The notes below the pieces were generated by a model that was not told where the DNA came from, searched no databases, and saw only the letters and a list, made by a program, of their open reading frames with translations. From Polyangiales bacterium (GTDB lineage Bacteria > Myxococcota_A > Polyangia > Polyangiales > Houyiibacteriaceae), in NCBI GenBank assembly GCA_041576815.1, contig JBFGKE010000018.1, forward strand, positions 50 through 64,049: a stretch of DNA of 64,000 nucleotides, written 5' to 3'. The position numbers were made by a program, and so were the translations under genes. Below, in pieces: positions 8,915 through 18,700 of this stretch. The first letter of the stretch is position 1, and every line of letters begins with the position of its first letter.

Positions 8915-8930
8915 ATTTTTCAGATCTGAA
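8915..8930. repeat. Right copy of the inverted repeat, ATTTTTCAGATCTGAA; it contains the stop codon of the phosphatase gene
   Basis: Exact reverse complement of 8726..8741. The minus-strand reading ATT CAG ATC TGA gives the last residues IQI and the stop of ORF 8920..9843. Confidence 0.8.
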
Positions 8931-9843
8931 TCGGCGGAAGACCATAGTCGAGCAACATGTCGTGGCGCGACGAGATCAACAGCAGGCTCGAGCCCCCGGC
9001 AGGGGGTGCCACGAACTTGAATTCATTGGTGGAAGCTGCGGCTGTCGCCTGGGCGACAGTTGCGATCTCGTCGGGGGTCCCTGATACCGACACCACCCCA
9101 CCTGCACCCGTATTCCGTGCAGCTTTGATTTCAGAGTTGAAATCCGTTGTGGCTGTAGCACCGGATGGCGCATCTCCGCCTACGGAGGTCATGTGCACCA
9201 CCACCTGGTCGGGTCTGGGCCTATAGGGCTGGCGGAGCTCCCCCGGGATGTGGCTGTCGTCGTTGTGAGCCACCAAGTGGACCTCCTCCCCTCGAAAAAC
9301 GAGCGTGGTCCGGCCGGTGTTTCGCATTCGGCCCAGGGGCCACGGGAAGCGTTCGCGGGCCCCGAGCAGCCCGGAAAGCAGCGCGGCGATGATGCCGCCG
9401 TGCGTGAAGACCAGCGCCCTGCCGCCGCGGGGCATGCGCGCGCGGAGCTCGGCCAGCGACGCGTCGGCCCGCGCAAACACCTCGGGCCAGCTTTCACCGC
9501 CCCCGATGGCAAAGGGACGTCGCGCCTTCAGGGCTTCGATCTGCTCTGGAAACCGCTCGACCACCTGGTCCATGGTGAGGCCCTCCCACTCGCCTACGTC
9601 GATCTCGCGCCAGGATCGTTGGAGCTCGACCTCGACGCCCGCTGCCCTGGCGGTGTCGGCGGCCCGGGTGAGGTCGGAGCTCAGCACGAGGTCGTACGAC
9701 TCGGCGCCGAGGACGCGGCGCAACGCCGCTGTTTGTGCCCGGCCCGTCTCGCTCAGCGGCGAGTCGCCCTGGCCCTGCCAAACGTTGCGGGCGTTCGAGA
9801 CCGACTGCGCGTGCCGGACTAGGCAGACCTCGAGCGTGCTCAT
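8920..9843 (-). CDS. Histidine phosphatase (phosphoglycerate mutase family) with a C-terminal extension of about 100 aa of unknown type
   Basis: ORF 8920..9975. The ATG at 9843 gives [37 protein letters not shown] (RHx motif), and [11 protein letters not shown] provides the second catalytic His. The start overlaps the clpP stop (ATGA). I cannot assign the tail [15 protein letters not shown]...[29 protein letters not shown]. Confidence 0.7.
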   Translation of the reverse strand: MSTLEVCLVRHAQSVSNARNVWQGQGDSPLSETGRAQTAALRRVLGAESYDLVLSSDLTRAADTARAAGVEVELQRSWREIDVGEWEGLTMDQVVERFPEQIEALKARRPFAIGGGESWPEVFARADASLAELRARMPRGGRALVFTHGGIIAALLSGLLGARERFPWPLGRMRNTGRTTLVFRGEEVHLVAHNDDSHIPGELRQPYRPRPDQVVVHMTSVGGDAPSGATATTDFNSEIKAARNTGAGGVVSVSGTPDEIATVAQATAAASTNEFKFVAPPAGGSSLLLISSRHDMLLDYGLPPIQI

Positions 9844-10463
9844 GCCGCAGGCGCGACTCCGGCCTCTTTGCGCGGCACGATCACGTCGTCGACGATGCCG
9901 TACTCCTTGGCCTCGAGCGCCGAAAGGAATTTGTCGCGCTCGGTGTCGTGACGGACCTGCTCGACGTCTTGCCACGTGTGCCGCGCGAGGATTTCATTGA
10001 GCCGTTTCTTGGTGTTGAGGATTTCTTTCGCGTGGATCTCGATGTCCGACGCCTGCCCCTGGTAACCGCCGAGCGGCTGATGGATCATGATGCGGCTATG
10101 CGGCAGGGCGCGCCGAAGCCCCTTCGTGCCGGCTGCCAAGAGAAACGCGCCCATCGATGCGGCCTGCCCGAGGCATACGGTCGATACCGGGCAGCGGACG
10201 TAGCTCATGGTGTCGTAAATCGCGAGGCCCGACGACACCATGCCGCCGGGGCTATTGACGTAGAGAGTGATCTCTTTGTCGGCGTCTTCGCTCTCGAGAT
10301 AAAGGAGCTGCGCGATCACCGCGTTGGCCACGAAGTCGTTGATCGGCGTGCCGAGGAAGATGATACGATCTTTGAGGAGGCGGCTGTAGATGTCCCAGGC
10401 GCGCTCGCCCCGGTGCGTTTCCTCGATGATCGTAATCGCTCGCGTCGCTGAATCGTCGCTCAT
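9840..10463 (-). CDS. clpP: ATP-dependent Clp protease proteolytic subunit
   Basis: [63 protein letters not shown] (catalytic Ser), IMIHQPLGG (His), [18 protein letters not shown] (Asp). Confidence 0.95.
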   Translation of the reverse strand: MSDDSATRAITIIEETHRGERAWDIYSRLLKDRIIFLGTPINDFVANAVIAQLLYLESEDADKEITLYVNSPGGMVSSGLAIYDTMSYVRCPVSTVCLGQAASMGAFLLAAGTKGLRRALPHSRIMIHQPLGGYQGQASDIEIHAKEILNTKKRLNEILARHTWQDVEQVRHDTERDKFLSALEAKEYGIVDDVIVPRKEAGVAPAA

Positions 10464-10505
10464 GGGTGGAACCTAGTCCCTCCGCGCCGCCCTGCAATCG
10501 GGATT

Positions 10506-11690
10506 TTGAACCGATGGCTTCGGCGCTATGTTCCGAAGGTGCTCCCGTCCGCCCTCGACATGATGCGCCGGCTCATCGCCGCACCCTCGGTCAGCTCCCC
10601 TGACGCTCGCTTCGATCAGTCCAATCGTGGTGTCGTCGATCTCGTGGCCGAGTGGGCCTCCGAGCTCGGGCTCTCGGTTCGCATCGAGCCGCTTCCCAAC
10701 GATGCGGAAAAGGTCAACCTCATCGCCCGCCTCGGGGAGGGCGAGGATGGTCTGGTGCTCTCGGGGCACACCGACACCGTCCCGTACGACGCAGAACGTT
10801 GGACCGACGATCCGTTCGAGCTGACCGAGCGCGACGGCAAGCTCTTCGGTCTCGGCACCGCCGACATGAAAGGTTTCTTTGCCGCTGCACTCGGTGCGAT
10901 CGCCCGCTTCGAGCCCAGCGCGCTGAAGCGCCCGATTACGCTTCTCGGAACAGCAGACGAGGAAAGCACCATGGCCGGCGCGCGGGCGCTCGCCGACGCG
11001 GGCGAGCAACTCGGACGGTACGCGATCATCGGCGAGCCCACCGGGCTGCGGCCGATCCGAAAACACAAGGGCGTCTTCTACGTCCGGATCACGATCGGGG
11101 GCCGGGCCGGACATGCGAGCAACCCCGCTCTGGGCGTAAACGCGATCGAAGGCATTCAGCGCGTCCTGCCCGCGCTCGAGTCCTGGCGGGATGCGATTGG
11201 AACGCGCCACCACGACGACGACTTCGAGGTGCCGGCGCCCACGCTCAACTTCGGGCGCATCGAGGGCGGCGACAGCCCAAACCGGATCTGTGCGGAGTGC
11301 ACGCTCGACCTCGATATACGTTTCTTGCCCGGCATGGAGCGTGCGGCCGTAGCCGCCGAGCTTCGCGATGTAGTTGCTGCTGCGCTCGACGGTGGACAGT
11401 GGACGGTGGAGGTGCAGCCGACCGGAGGGTACGCGGATCCATTCGCGGGGCCGACGGACCGTGAGTATGCCGCGTCGGTCGAGGCCTTGTGCGGGTGTTC
11501 AGCCGGCACTGCGCTCTTCGGCACCGAGGCCCCGTATCTCGCTGAATTGGGGCTTCAGACGCTGGTGCTCGGCGCAGGCGACATCGCCGTTGCGCATCAG
11601 CCGGACGAATATGTCACCATGGCGGCTATCGAGCGTGCCACCGACGTGTACGCCAAGCTGATCCAACGCTACTGCCTCGAGCCGTCATGA
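10506..11690 (+). CDS. argE: Acetylornithine deacetylase (M20 peptidase family)
   Basis: LIAAPSVSS...FDQSN...LSGHTDTVP, GLGTADMKG, LLGTADEES, and position directly upstream of argA. The start is uncertain (TTG 10506, GTG 10539 or ATG 10560). Confidence 0.8.
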   Translation: MNRWLRRYVPKVLPSALDMMRRLIAAPSVSSPDARFDQSNRGVVDLVAEWASELGLSVRIEPLPNDAEKVNLIARLGEGEDGLVLSGHTDTVPYDAERWTDDPFELTERDGKLFGLGTADMKGFFAAALGAIARFEPSALKRPITLLGTADEESTMAGARALADAGEQLGRYAIIGEPTGLRPIRKHKGVFYVRITIGGRAGHASNPALGVNAIEGIQRVLPALESWRDAIGTRHHDDDFEVPAPTLNFGRIEGGDSPNRICAECTLDLDIRFLPGMERAAVAAELRDVVAAALDGGQWTVEVQPTGGYADPFAGPTDREYAASVEALCGCSAGTALFGTEAPYLAELGLQTLVLGAGDIAVAHQPDEYVTMAAIERATDVYAKLIQRYCLEPS

Positions 11691-13006
11691 GCCCCAAAGT
11701 CGACCCCTTCGTCCAGCACTTCCGCGCGAGCGCCCCGTACATCCATGCGCACCGAGGGCGGACCTTCGTCGTCATGTTCGGCGGTGAAGCGGTCGCCTCG
11801 AAGGAGCTTCGGACCCTTCTTTACGACGTGGCGCTCCTTCACTCGCTGGGGGTTCGGCTCGTGCTCGTCGCCGGTGCGCGCCCGCAAATCGACGCGGCGC
11901 TTCTCCGTCGCGGCGAGAAGCCCCGGTTCGAGGGCGGCCTCCGCGTGACCGATGATGTCGCGCTCGAGTGCGTGAAAGAGGCGGTGGGCGCGACTCGGGT
12001 CGAGCTCGAGGCGCTCCTTTCGATGGGCCTTCCGAATTCGCCGATGGCGGGGGCGCGGCTCCGGGTCGCCACGGGGAACTTCGTTATGGCGCAGCCCATT
12101 GGCGTCGTCGACGGCGTCGACTATCAGCACGCCGGCAAGCCGCGGCGTGTCGACGCCGAGGCGGTCGTGCAACGACTGAACGACGGCGCCATCGTGGTCT
12201 TGACGCCCATCGGCTACTCGGCGACGGGCGAGGCGTTCAACATCAGCAGTCACGACGTCGCGGCGGCCGCGGCGACTGCACTCGGTGCCGACAAGCTCAT
12301 TGGGCTTCTCGAAGGGCAGGGCGTGCTCGATGCGAGCGGCCTTCCGCCATCCCAGCTCACACCGGACGAAGCAGACGCGCTGTTGGGTACCGGGCAAGAC
12401 CTCGGCCACGACGTCGAGCGCCACCTCGAAGCCGCCATTGCTGTGTGCCGAGGCGGAGTCCCGCGCGCCCATTTGGTCTCGCGTCAGAGCGATGGCGCGC
12501 TGCTGCGGGAGCTCTTCACTCGGGACGGCATCGGCACGATGGTCACCGCGGAGACGTTCGAGGGCGTGCGGCCCGCCGAGCCGGGCGACGTGGGCGGCCT
12601 CTTGGCGCTGCTCGAGCCGCTAGAAGAGCAAGGCATCCTCGTGAGGCGCTCGCGCGAGATGCTCGAGAACGACATCGATCGATTCACGGTGATCGAGCGC
12701 GACGGCATGGTCGTTGCCTGTGCGGCTTTGTACGCTTATCCCGCGGATGCAATCGCGGAGCTCGCCTGCCTGGTCGTACATCCCGACTACCGAACCTCGG
12801 GGCGAGGCGATCAGCTGTTGAGCTACCTCGAGCGTCAGTGCGAGGCGAGCGGCCTGGCGCGTCTCTTCGTGCTCACGACGCAGACGTCGCACTGGTTCAG
12901 GGAGCGCGGTTTCGAGAGCTGCGCGCTCGACGATCTTCCGGCTTCGCGGCGAGGCCTCTACGATCAGCACCGGCGCTCCAAGGTGTTGCTGAAGTCGATC
13001 TCCTGA
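11687..13006 (+). CDS. argA: Amino-acid N-acetyltransferase (N-acetylglutamate synthase): AAK domain plus GNAT domain
   Basis: By eye, N-terminus FVQHFRASAPYIHAHRGRTFVVMFGGEAV matches the E. coli ArgA N-terminus. C-terminal GNAT segment ELACLVVHPDYRTSGRGDQLL. 4-nt overlap with argE. Confidence 0.85.
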   Translation: MSPKVDPFVQHFRASAPYIHAHRGRTFVVMFGGEAVASKELRTLLYDVALLHSLGVRLVLVAGARPQIDAALLRRGEKPRFEGGLRVTDDVALECVKEAVGATRVELEALLSMGLPNSPMAGARLRVATGNFVMAQPIGVVDGVDYQHAGKPRRVDAEAVVQRLNDGAIVVLTPIGYSATGEAFNISSHDVAAAAATALGADKLIGLLEGQGVLDASGLPPSQLTPDEADALLGTGQDLGHDVERHLEAAIAVCRGGVPRAHLVSRQSDGALLRELFTRDGIGTMVTAETFEGVRPAEPGDVGGLLALLEPLEEQGILVRRSREMLENDIDRFTVIERDGMVVACAALYAYPADAIAELACLVVHPDYRTSGRGDQLLSYLERQCEASGLARLFVLTTQTSHWFRERGFESCALDDLPASRRGLYDQHRRSKVLLKSIS

Positions 13007-13109
13007 GACGCATCTGCGCCAAAGCACAGCGCTTTCCGTTGATGCTTGGAGTGGCGTGCGAATCGTGCTACTCGTCCCCGAATTCGCCTAAACGTCACTT
13101 GATTCGTCC

Positions 13110-15512
13110 TTGATACGGGACCCAATGAAGCAGGCCGAGCTGAATCCACGCCCTGACGCGGACGCCCCTCCCGCAGATGCGGAAATGGAGAGCATCGTCG
13201 CGCAGGAGGAAAAGGTTCTCGCGCGCGTGCAGCGAACGGTCCAGGCGAAGCGTCCGACGCCGCGGGGGCAACTCGTGGACTACGACGCGGAGCTGATCGC
13301 TCTGCGTGACCAGATCCGGGAGGCGCGGCTCGAGGACATCCCGCCGTTGGTGGAGGAGATGGAGCGCCTTCAGCAGGTGGCCCATCGCCGAGCCAAGGTG
13401 ACCGAGGGTGCGGTCGACGTGATGTCACCGTATTTCGGGCGAATGGTGCTCGAGGAAGACGAGCGCAAGCGGGAGATCCTCATCGGCCGGAGCACGTTTC
13501 TCGATGCGAAAACCGGGGTGCGCATCGTCGATTGGCGCGACGCCCCGGTGAGCCGCGTCTACTACCGCTACGAAGAGGGCGACGACTACGACGAAATCTT
13601 CGGGGACCGCGAGGTAGAAGGCGAGGTGCTGCTTCGCCGCAATCTATCGATCACGACGGGGAAGCTCCGTCGCATCGGCTCACCGCAAGGCACCTTTCGA
13701 CGCACCCGCGACGACGCGTGGCGGCGGGTTGCTGAGCAGGCGACCAAGCTGTCCGGCGGACAGGGCATGGCGCTTCGTCCCGAGTCGCACCACCGGCCCG
13801 GTCAGCTCGGCATCGGCGAGGAAGAGCTTCGCGAGGACAAGCACCTCTCCGAGATCACCGCCCTCATCGACCCCCGTCAGTTCGATTTGATCAGCCAGCC
13901 GACGTCGGGCCTCGTCGTGATTCAAGGCGGTGCGGGCAGTGGCAAGACCACCATCGGTCTTCACCGCCTGGCGTACCTTGCCTTTCAGGATCCGCAGCGG
14001 TTCCGCTCGGACCACATGCTGGTCATCGTCTTCAACGATGCGTTGGTGCGGTACATCTCGAAGGTGCTGCCAGCGCTCGGTGTCGACGAAGTCCCGGTGC
14101 AGACGTTCGAGCGGTGGGCGGAAGCGCAGCGTCGGCAACACATCCCGAAGCTCACTACGCGCTATGTCGAGGACACGCCGACGCACGTCGTGCGCCTGAA
14201 GAAGCATCCGGCCATGCTGCGCGCCATCGACCAGTACGTCGCGGAGCTCGCCGAGCGCGTCGAAGCCGACATCCTCGATGAAGCCCGCAAGGTCGAAGGG
14301 GGCGCGGTCGTGTCGCGCGTCTGGCGTGGGGCGGCAAAGGAGCCGCTCGGGATTCGCTTGGAGGTGCTCTCGCAGTGGCTACATGGGGGCGAGGACGACG
14401 CCTCGAGGGTGCCGCGCGGCGCTCGTCATGCGCTCGGCCGGATCGCGCAACGCTGGGCGGCTCGCGCGGCGGACGTCGTCACGGCGTGGGCCGATCTAGT
14501 GACCGATCGACGGCGGCTCACCGACGCATTTGCGCGCTGGGCGCCCGACGCGCTGAGCGACAAGGAGATCGAGTGGACGCACTCGTGGTGCAGCCGGCAT
14601 TCGACGCGCGTGCTCCTCGCCTACGAGGAATCGCTCGAGGAAGGAAGCGACCCGGCGCCTCGAAGTCTCGGCGTCGACGGCATGGAAGATGACGAGCCTG
14701 CCGCGCTCGACCGCGAAGACGACGCGCTCTTGCTGCGGATCTACCAAACGATGCGGGGGCCGCTCTCCTCGCGTCGTGCGGCGCTCGAGTACGAGCACAT
14801 ATTCGTCGACGAGGCGCAGGACATGAGCCCAGTCGAGCTGGCTGTCGTGCTCGACACGGCGACCCCGCAACAGAGCGTCACGCTCGCAGGCGACATCGCG
14901 CAGAAGCTTCACCTCGACAACGGCTTCACCGATTGGCGACACGTGCTCGCCGAGCTCAAGCTCGATCACATCGAAATCGAGCCGCTCAAGCTCGCGTACC
15001 GGTCGACGCACGAGATTCTCGAGTTTGCCACCGAAGTCCTCGGGCCGCTTCGAAACGAGGTGTCGGGCGAGGCGACGCGCTACGGCGCGCCGGTCGAGCT
15101 TTTCCAATTCGGGGGCAGCGGTGAGGCGGTGGGCTTCCTCTCCGAGTCGCTTCGCAAGCTGGTGGCCTCCGAGCCGCTCTCATCCGTCGCGGTCATCGCG
15201 CGCTACCCCGAGCAGGCGGACCTCTACTACAAGGGACTCCGTCACGGGGAAGTGCCGAACCTCCGCCGCATCGCCGAGCAGGACTTCCCGTTTCGGCCCG
15301 GGGTCGACGTGACGGACGTGCGGCAGGTGAAAGGTCTGGAGTTCGACTACGTGGTCATTGTGGAATGCAACACCTCGACTTTCCCTGCCGATAGCGAGAC
15401 CAGGCACCTGCTTCACATCGCCGCGACGCGGGCGGCCCATCAGCTTTGGGTGTTTTCCACCGGGAACCCGTCGGTCCTGCTCCCCGACAGCTTGCTGCGC
15501 TCCTCGGACTGA
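13110..15512 (+). CDS. Superfamily-1 UvrD/Rep-like helicase, HelD/helicase IV-like
   Basis: Walker A VIQGGAGSGKTTIGLHRLAYL, motif II IFVDEAQDMSP, C-terminal VKGLEFDYVVIV and HIAATRAAHQLWVF. Long N-terminal region before the ATPase core, as in HelD. The start is TTG 13110 or ATG 13125. Confidence 0.75.
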   Translation: MIRDPMKQAELNPRPDADAPPADAEMESIVAQEEKVLARVQRTVQAKRPTPRGQLVDYDAELIALRDQIREARLEDIPPLVEEMERLQQVAHRRAKVTEGAVDVMSPYFGRMVLEEDERKREILIGRSTFLDAKTGVRIVDWRDAPVSRVYYRYEEGDDYDEIFGDREVEGEVLLRRNLSITTGKLRRIGSPQGTFRRTRDDAWRRVAEQATKLSGGQGMALRPESHHRPGQLGIGEEELREDKHLSEITALIDPRQFDLISQPTSGLVVIQGGAGSGKTTIGLHRLAYLAFQDPQRFRSDHMLVIVFNDALVRYISKVLPALGVDEVPVQTFERWAEAQRRQHIPKLTTRYVEDTPTHVVRLKKHPAMLRAIDQYVAELAERVEADILDEARKVEGGAVVSRVWRGAAKEPLGIRLEVLSQWLHGGEDDASRVPRGARHALGRIAQRWAARAADVVTAWADLVTDRRRLTDAFARWAPDALSDKEIEWTHSWCSRHSTRVLLAYEESLEEGSDPAPRSLGVDGMEDDEPAALDREDDALLLRIYQTMRGPLSSRRAALEYEHIFVDEAQDMSPVELAVVLDTATPQQSVTLAGDIAQKLHLDNGFTDWRHVLAELKLDHIEIEPLKLAYRSTHEILEFATEVLGPLRNEVSGEATRYGAPVELFQFGGSGEAVGFLSESLRKLVASEPLSSVAVIARYPEQADLYYKGLRHGEVPNLRRIAEQDFPFRPGVDVTDVRQVKGLEFDYVVIVECNTSTFPADSETRHLLHIAATRAAHQLWVFSTGNPSVLLPDSLLRSSD

Positions 15513-15703
15513 CCCTCTAGGCCATCCATGCCTGGGAGTTGCAGTCCTCCGAAGGGTGTGTAAGATCTCTCTTATAGCGGCGGTTGCGGCCTACACCCGG
15601 GTTTCACCGTAGAACGAGCAACGGCGCCGCTAGGGGAACGAGACGCAACGCGCGTAGTCCTGTGTAGGTCCTACAAAGCCTCCGACCCAACACCATCTCG
15701 GTT

Positions 15704-18700
15704 ATGGCTGACACTGCTCTTCAAGAATCGGTAGAAGAAGAACCAGCGGGCGCTGCAAAAGCGACTCCCGCCGACGGGTCTGCTGCGGCCGACGCCTCGC
15801 GTGGGGCTGTGCCTGCCGAAGAAGCGCCGACCTGGCGCGAGCCGACGACGTCGGTCGCGAAAAAGCTGGCGTCAATGAGCGACAGGGCGATTCAGCGAGT
15901 CACCGGGGGCAACGCGTTCTTGCGAGGGCGCCTCTACGCACGGCGCAAGGCGGTCGAAAACCTCCAAGAGGACGAGCATTCGGTCAGCGGCGAGATTTCG
16001 GTCCGCACCGCCGACGAGCCCTACCGCACGAAGATGACCTACACCGAAGACGGGGACAGCTGGGAGTCGAGCTGCACTTGTCCTGGTTGGCGCGGGCCGA
16101 CGGGACATTGCAAGCACGTCGCGGCCGTGATGGTCGCTCTTCGCGACGAGGTCCGGCCGCCGCGCGCAAAAGGGCCTCAGCAACAGCAAAGCAAGAAGAA
16201 GAAAAAGACCGAGCCGGTGCACGTGCCCGGTACGGTGTCCGTCGGCGGAAAGCGTCGGCGATCCCGTCGGCGTCGACGCGGGGGCGGCGGCAACGACGCA
16301 GGAGCGCTCGAAATTCTGTCGCCGCGGGAGCTCCAAGCGCAGCGGGGCGAGGCGCGCGGGCCGATGGATGCGTGGCTGCCGGCGGAGGCGCTCGCGAAGC
16401 CGCTCGAGTTCGAGTACCGGATGACCGTTCGGCCCGCGTCGATCACGGTGACGCCGGTGCTTGCTGGCTCGCGAAGCGCCGTGCCGATCAATGACGCCCT
16501 GGGGGCGTTCAACATGGTGTCGATCGACGAGCGGCCGCTGTTCCGCGCGCTGGCTCGGAACACGAACCGTGGCCAGGCCACCACGGCGGAGCTTCGCGGC
16601 GAGGATGCCGCCGAGGTGCTCGAGATGCTCAGCGACCGCCGGGTCCTTCTGGAGCCCGCTTCGATGGAGCTGCGGTTTGCCAACGAGGCGCTCAAGCCGC
16701 GAATCGAGCTCGACCCTGCGAACGGTGACAGCCTGCGCGTGCGGGTCGTGTTCTATCTGCAAAGCAACGGGCGCCGGTTCGCGCTTTCGAGCGGCGCTTG
16801 GTTCGAAGGAACGCCCGGGTGGCAGATCGACACCACTGAAGGCGTTGCGAGGCCCGTGAGCGAGCTCGTCACGCCGGCCTGGCTTCAGCGGCTCTACCGT
16901 TCGCCGGCGATGGTGCAATCGCACGATGATCTGCCCGTGCTGCTCAGCGAGTACATCCCGAAGGTGTCCGCTTCGCTCGGTGCGGACCTGCCGGACCTCA
17001 GCTCGGTTGCCGATCTGGTCGATCAGAAACCACTTTTCGAGCTCAAGGCCAACGGCGACATCATCGACGCGCGCGTTCGGCTGTATGTACGCTACGAGGA
17101 TCAGGAGTTCGACGTCCCGCCTGCAGACATCCCGTCGCCACTTGCGGTGCTTCCGCCGAAGAACGGAGGAGGACGGCCGCGGGTGGTGCGACGCGACGTG
17201 GGTGCGGAGATGGCCGGTGTCCAGGCGCTCCTCAATCAGAACTTCGAGGTCTCTGAGTCTGGCGACGAGCTGGTGGCGTCGGGGGACGATGCGATCGCGT
17301 TTTGGACGACCGGCATCGGCGAGCTTCCCGAGGACTGGGATCGGTTCATCCCAGACGATTTGGTGGACGTGACGATTCGCGACGAATCGGTGACGCCGCA
17401 GATGCGCGTGTCGAGCGGGGTCGATTGGCTCAACCTCGACATGGCCTTCACCTCGGGCGGCGCAGCCGTGCGCGAAGAGGAGCTTCGGGCTTGTCTCGAG
17501 CACGGGCGGCGGCTCGTGCAGCTCGAAGACGGGACATACGCGCCCGTCGATCCCGACAGGGTCGGCGACGTGCTAACGCGGATGGCGGAGATCTACGCGA
17601 TGGCCGGCATGAAGGACAAGCTTCCGCTGTCACAAGCCGGGCGCGTTCAGGACCTCTTGAAGATGGTCGAGAACGCGAAGGTGTCCGAATCGGCCAAGTC
17701 GCTCTTCGCGAAGATCGAGGATATCGACGAGGTTCCCAGCGTCCCGAAGCCGCGCGGGGTCAAAGCCGAGCTTCGCCCCTACCAAAAGGACGGATTTTCC
17801 TGGCTCGTGTTTCTGCACGAGCTCAACAGCGGCGGCATCCTTGCCGACGACATGGGGCTTGGAAAGACGATTCAAACCATCGCGCTGCTCGTGTGGGCGA
17901 AGGGCAAGTACAAACGCAAGCTCAACCTCGTCGTCGCCCCGACCTCCGTCGTGCCGAACTGGGAAAGAGAGATTCACAAGTTTGCGCCGGGGCTCAAGAC
18001 CGTGGTGTGGCAGGGACCCAATCGGAGTCAGCGGGCGCAGGAGCTCGAGAAGGCCGACGTGATGATCACGAGCTATGCGCTCCTTCGTCGCGACGAGGAG
18101 CTGCTGCAGGCGCTCGACCTTCGGTACGTGATTCTCGACGAGGCCCAGCACATCAAGAACCCGATGAGCCAGACGGCGCGGTCCGCCAAGAAGCTCGCGA
18201 GCGAGCGGCGCCTCGCGTTGACCGGTACCCCGATCGAAAACCGGTTGAGCGAGCTCTGGAGCATCTTCGACTTCGTTTCACCGGGGCTCCTCGGGCAGCT
18301 CAAGCAGTTCGAAGAGCGGGTGGCGCGGCCGATCGATCGGGGCGACATGGAGACCGCCGAGCGGCTCAGGGCGACGATCAAGCCCTTCGTGATGCGGCGC
18401 GTGAAGGCCGACGTCGCCGAGGACCTTCCCGACAAGATCGAGCAGGAGATGATCGTCCCGCTCGCCGAGGAGCAGGCCAAGCTCTACAAGCAGGTGCTTC
18501 GCCAGGTGCGAAAGAGCGTGCTGAGCGAGGTCGAGAAGCAGGGCGTAAGCAAGGCGCAGATTCAGATTTTGGCGGCGCTCACGCGGCTCCGGCAGGTGGC
18601 CTGCGATCCGCGCCTGATGAAGCTGCCCGACACCGACTTCGAGGCCGACGACAGCGGCAAGCTCGGCGCCCTGTTGGAGATTGTCGACGAGGCCGTCGAT

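Noticed and set aside
8585-8935. Insertion sequence or prophage remnant in the AT-rich island
   Set aside because: No transposase or integrase ORF (none of 60 aa or more) and no flanking direct repeats were detected. Only a MITE-like interpretation remains possible, and it is reported as a finding.
8957-9226. 89-aa + strand ORF opposite the phosphatase C-terminal extension
   Set aside because: It shares third-codon positions with the minus frame, so GC3 cannot discriminate. I prefer the minus frame because it is continuous with the phosphatase domain. This remains a caveat for the unknown-extension finding.
15872-17503. 543-aa minus-strand ORF antisense to the SNF2/SWIM gene
   Set aside because: It lies entirely within a + strand gene that has clear SNF2 motifs. 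Its translation is Arg/Pro/His-rich low-complexity sequence typical of high-GC shadow frames.
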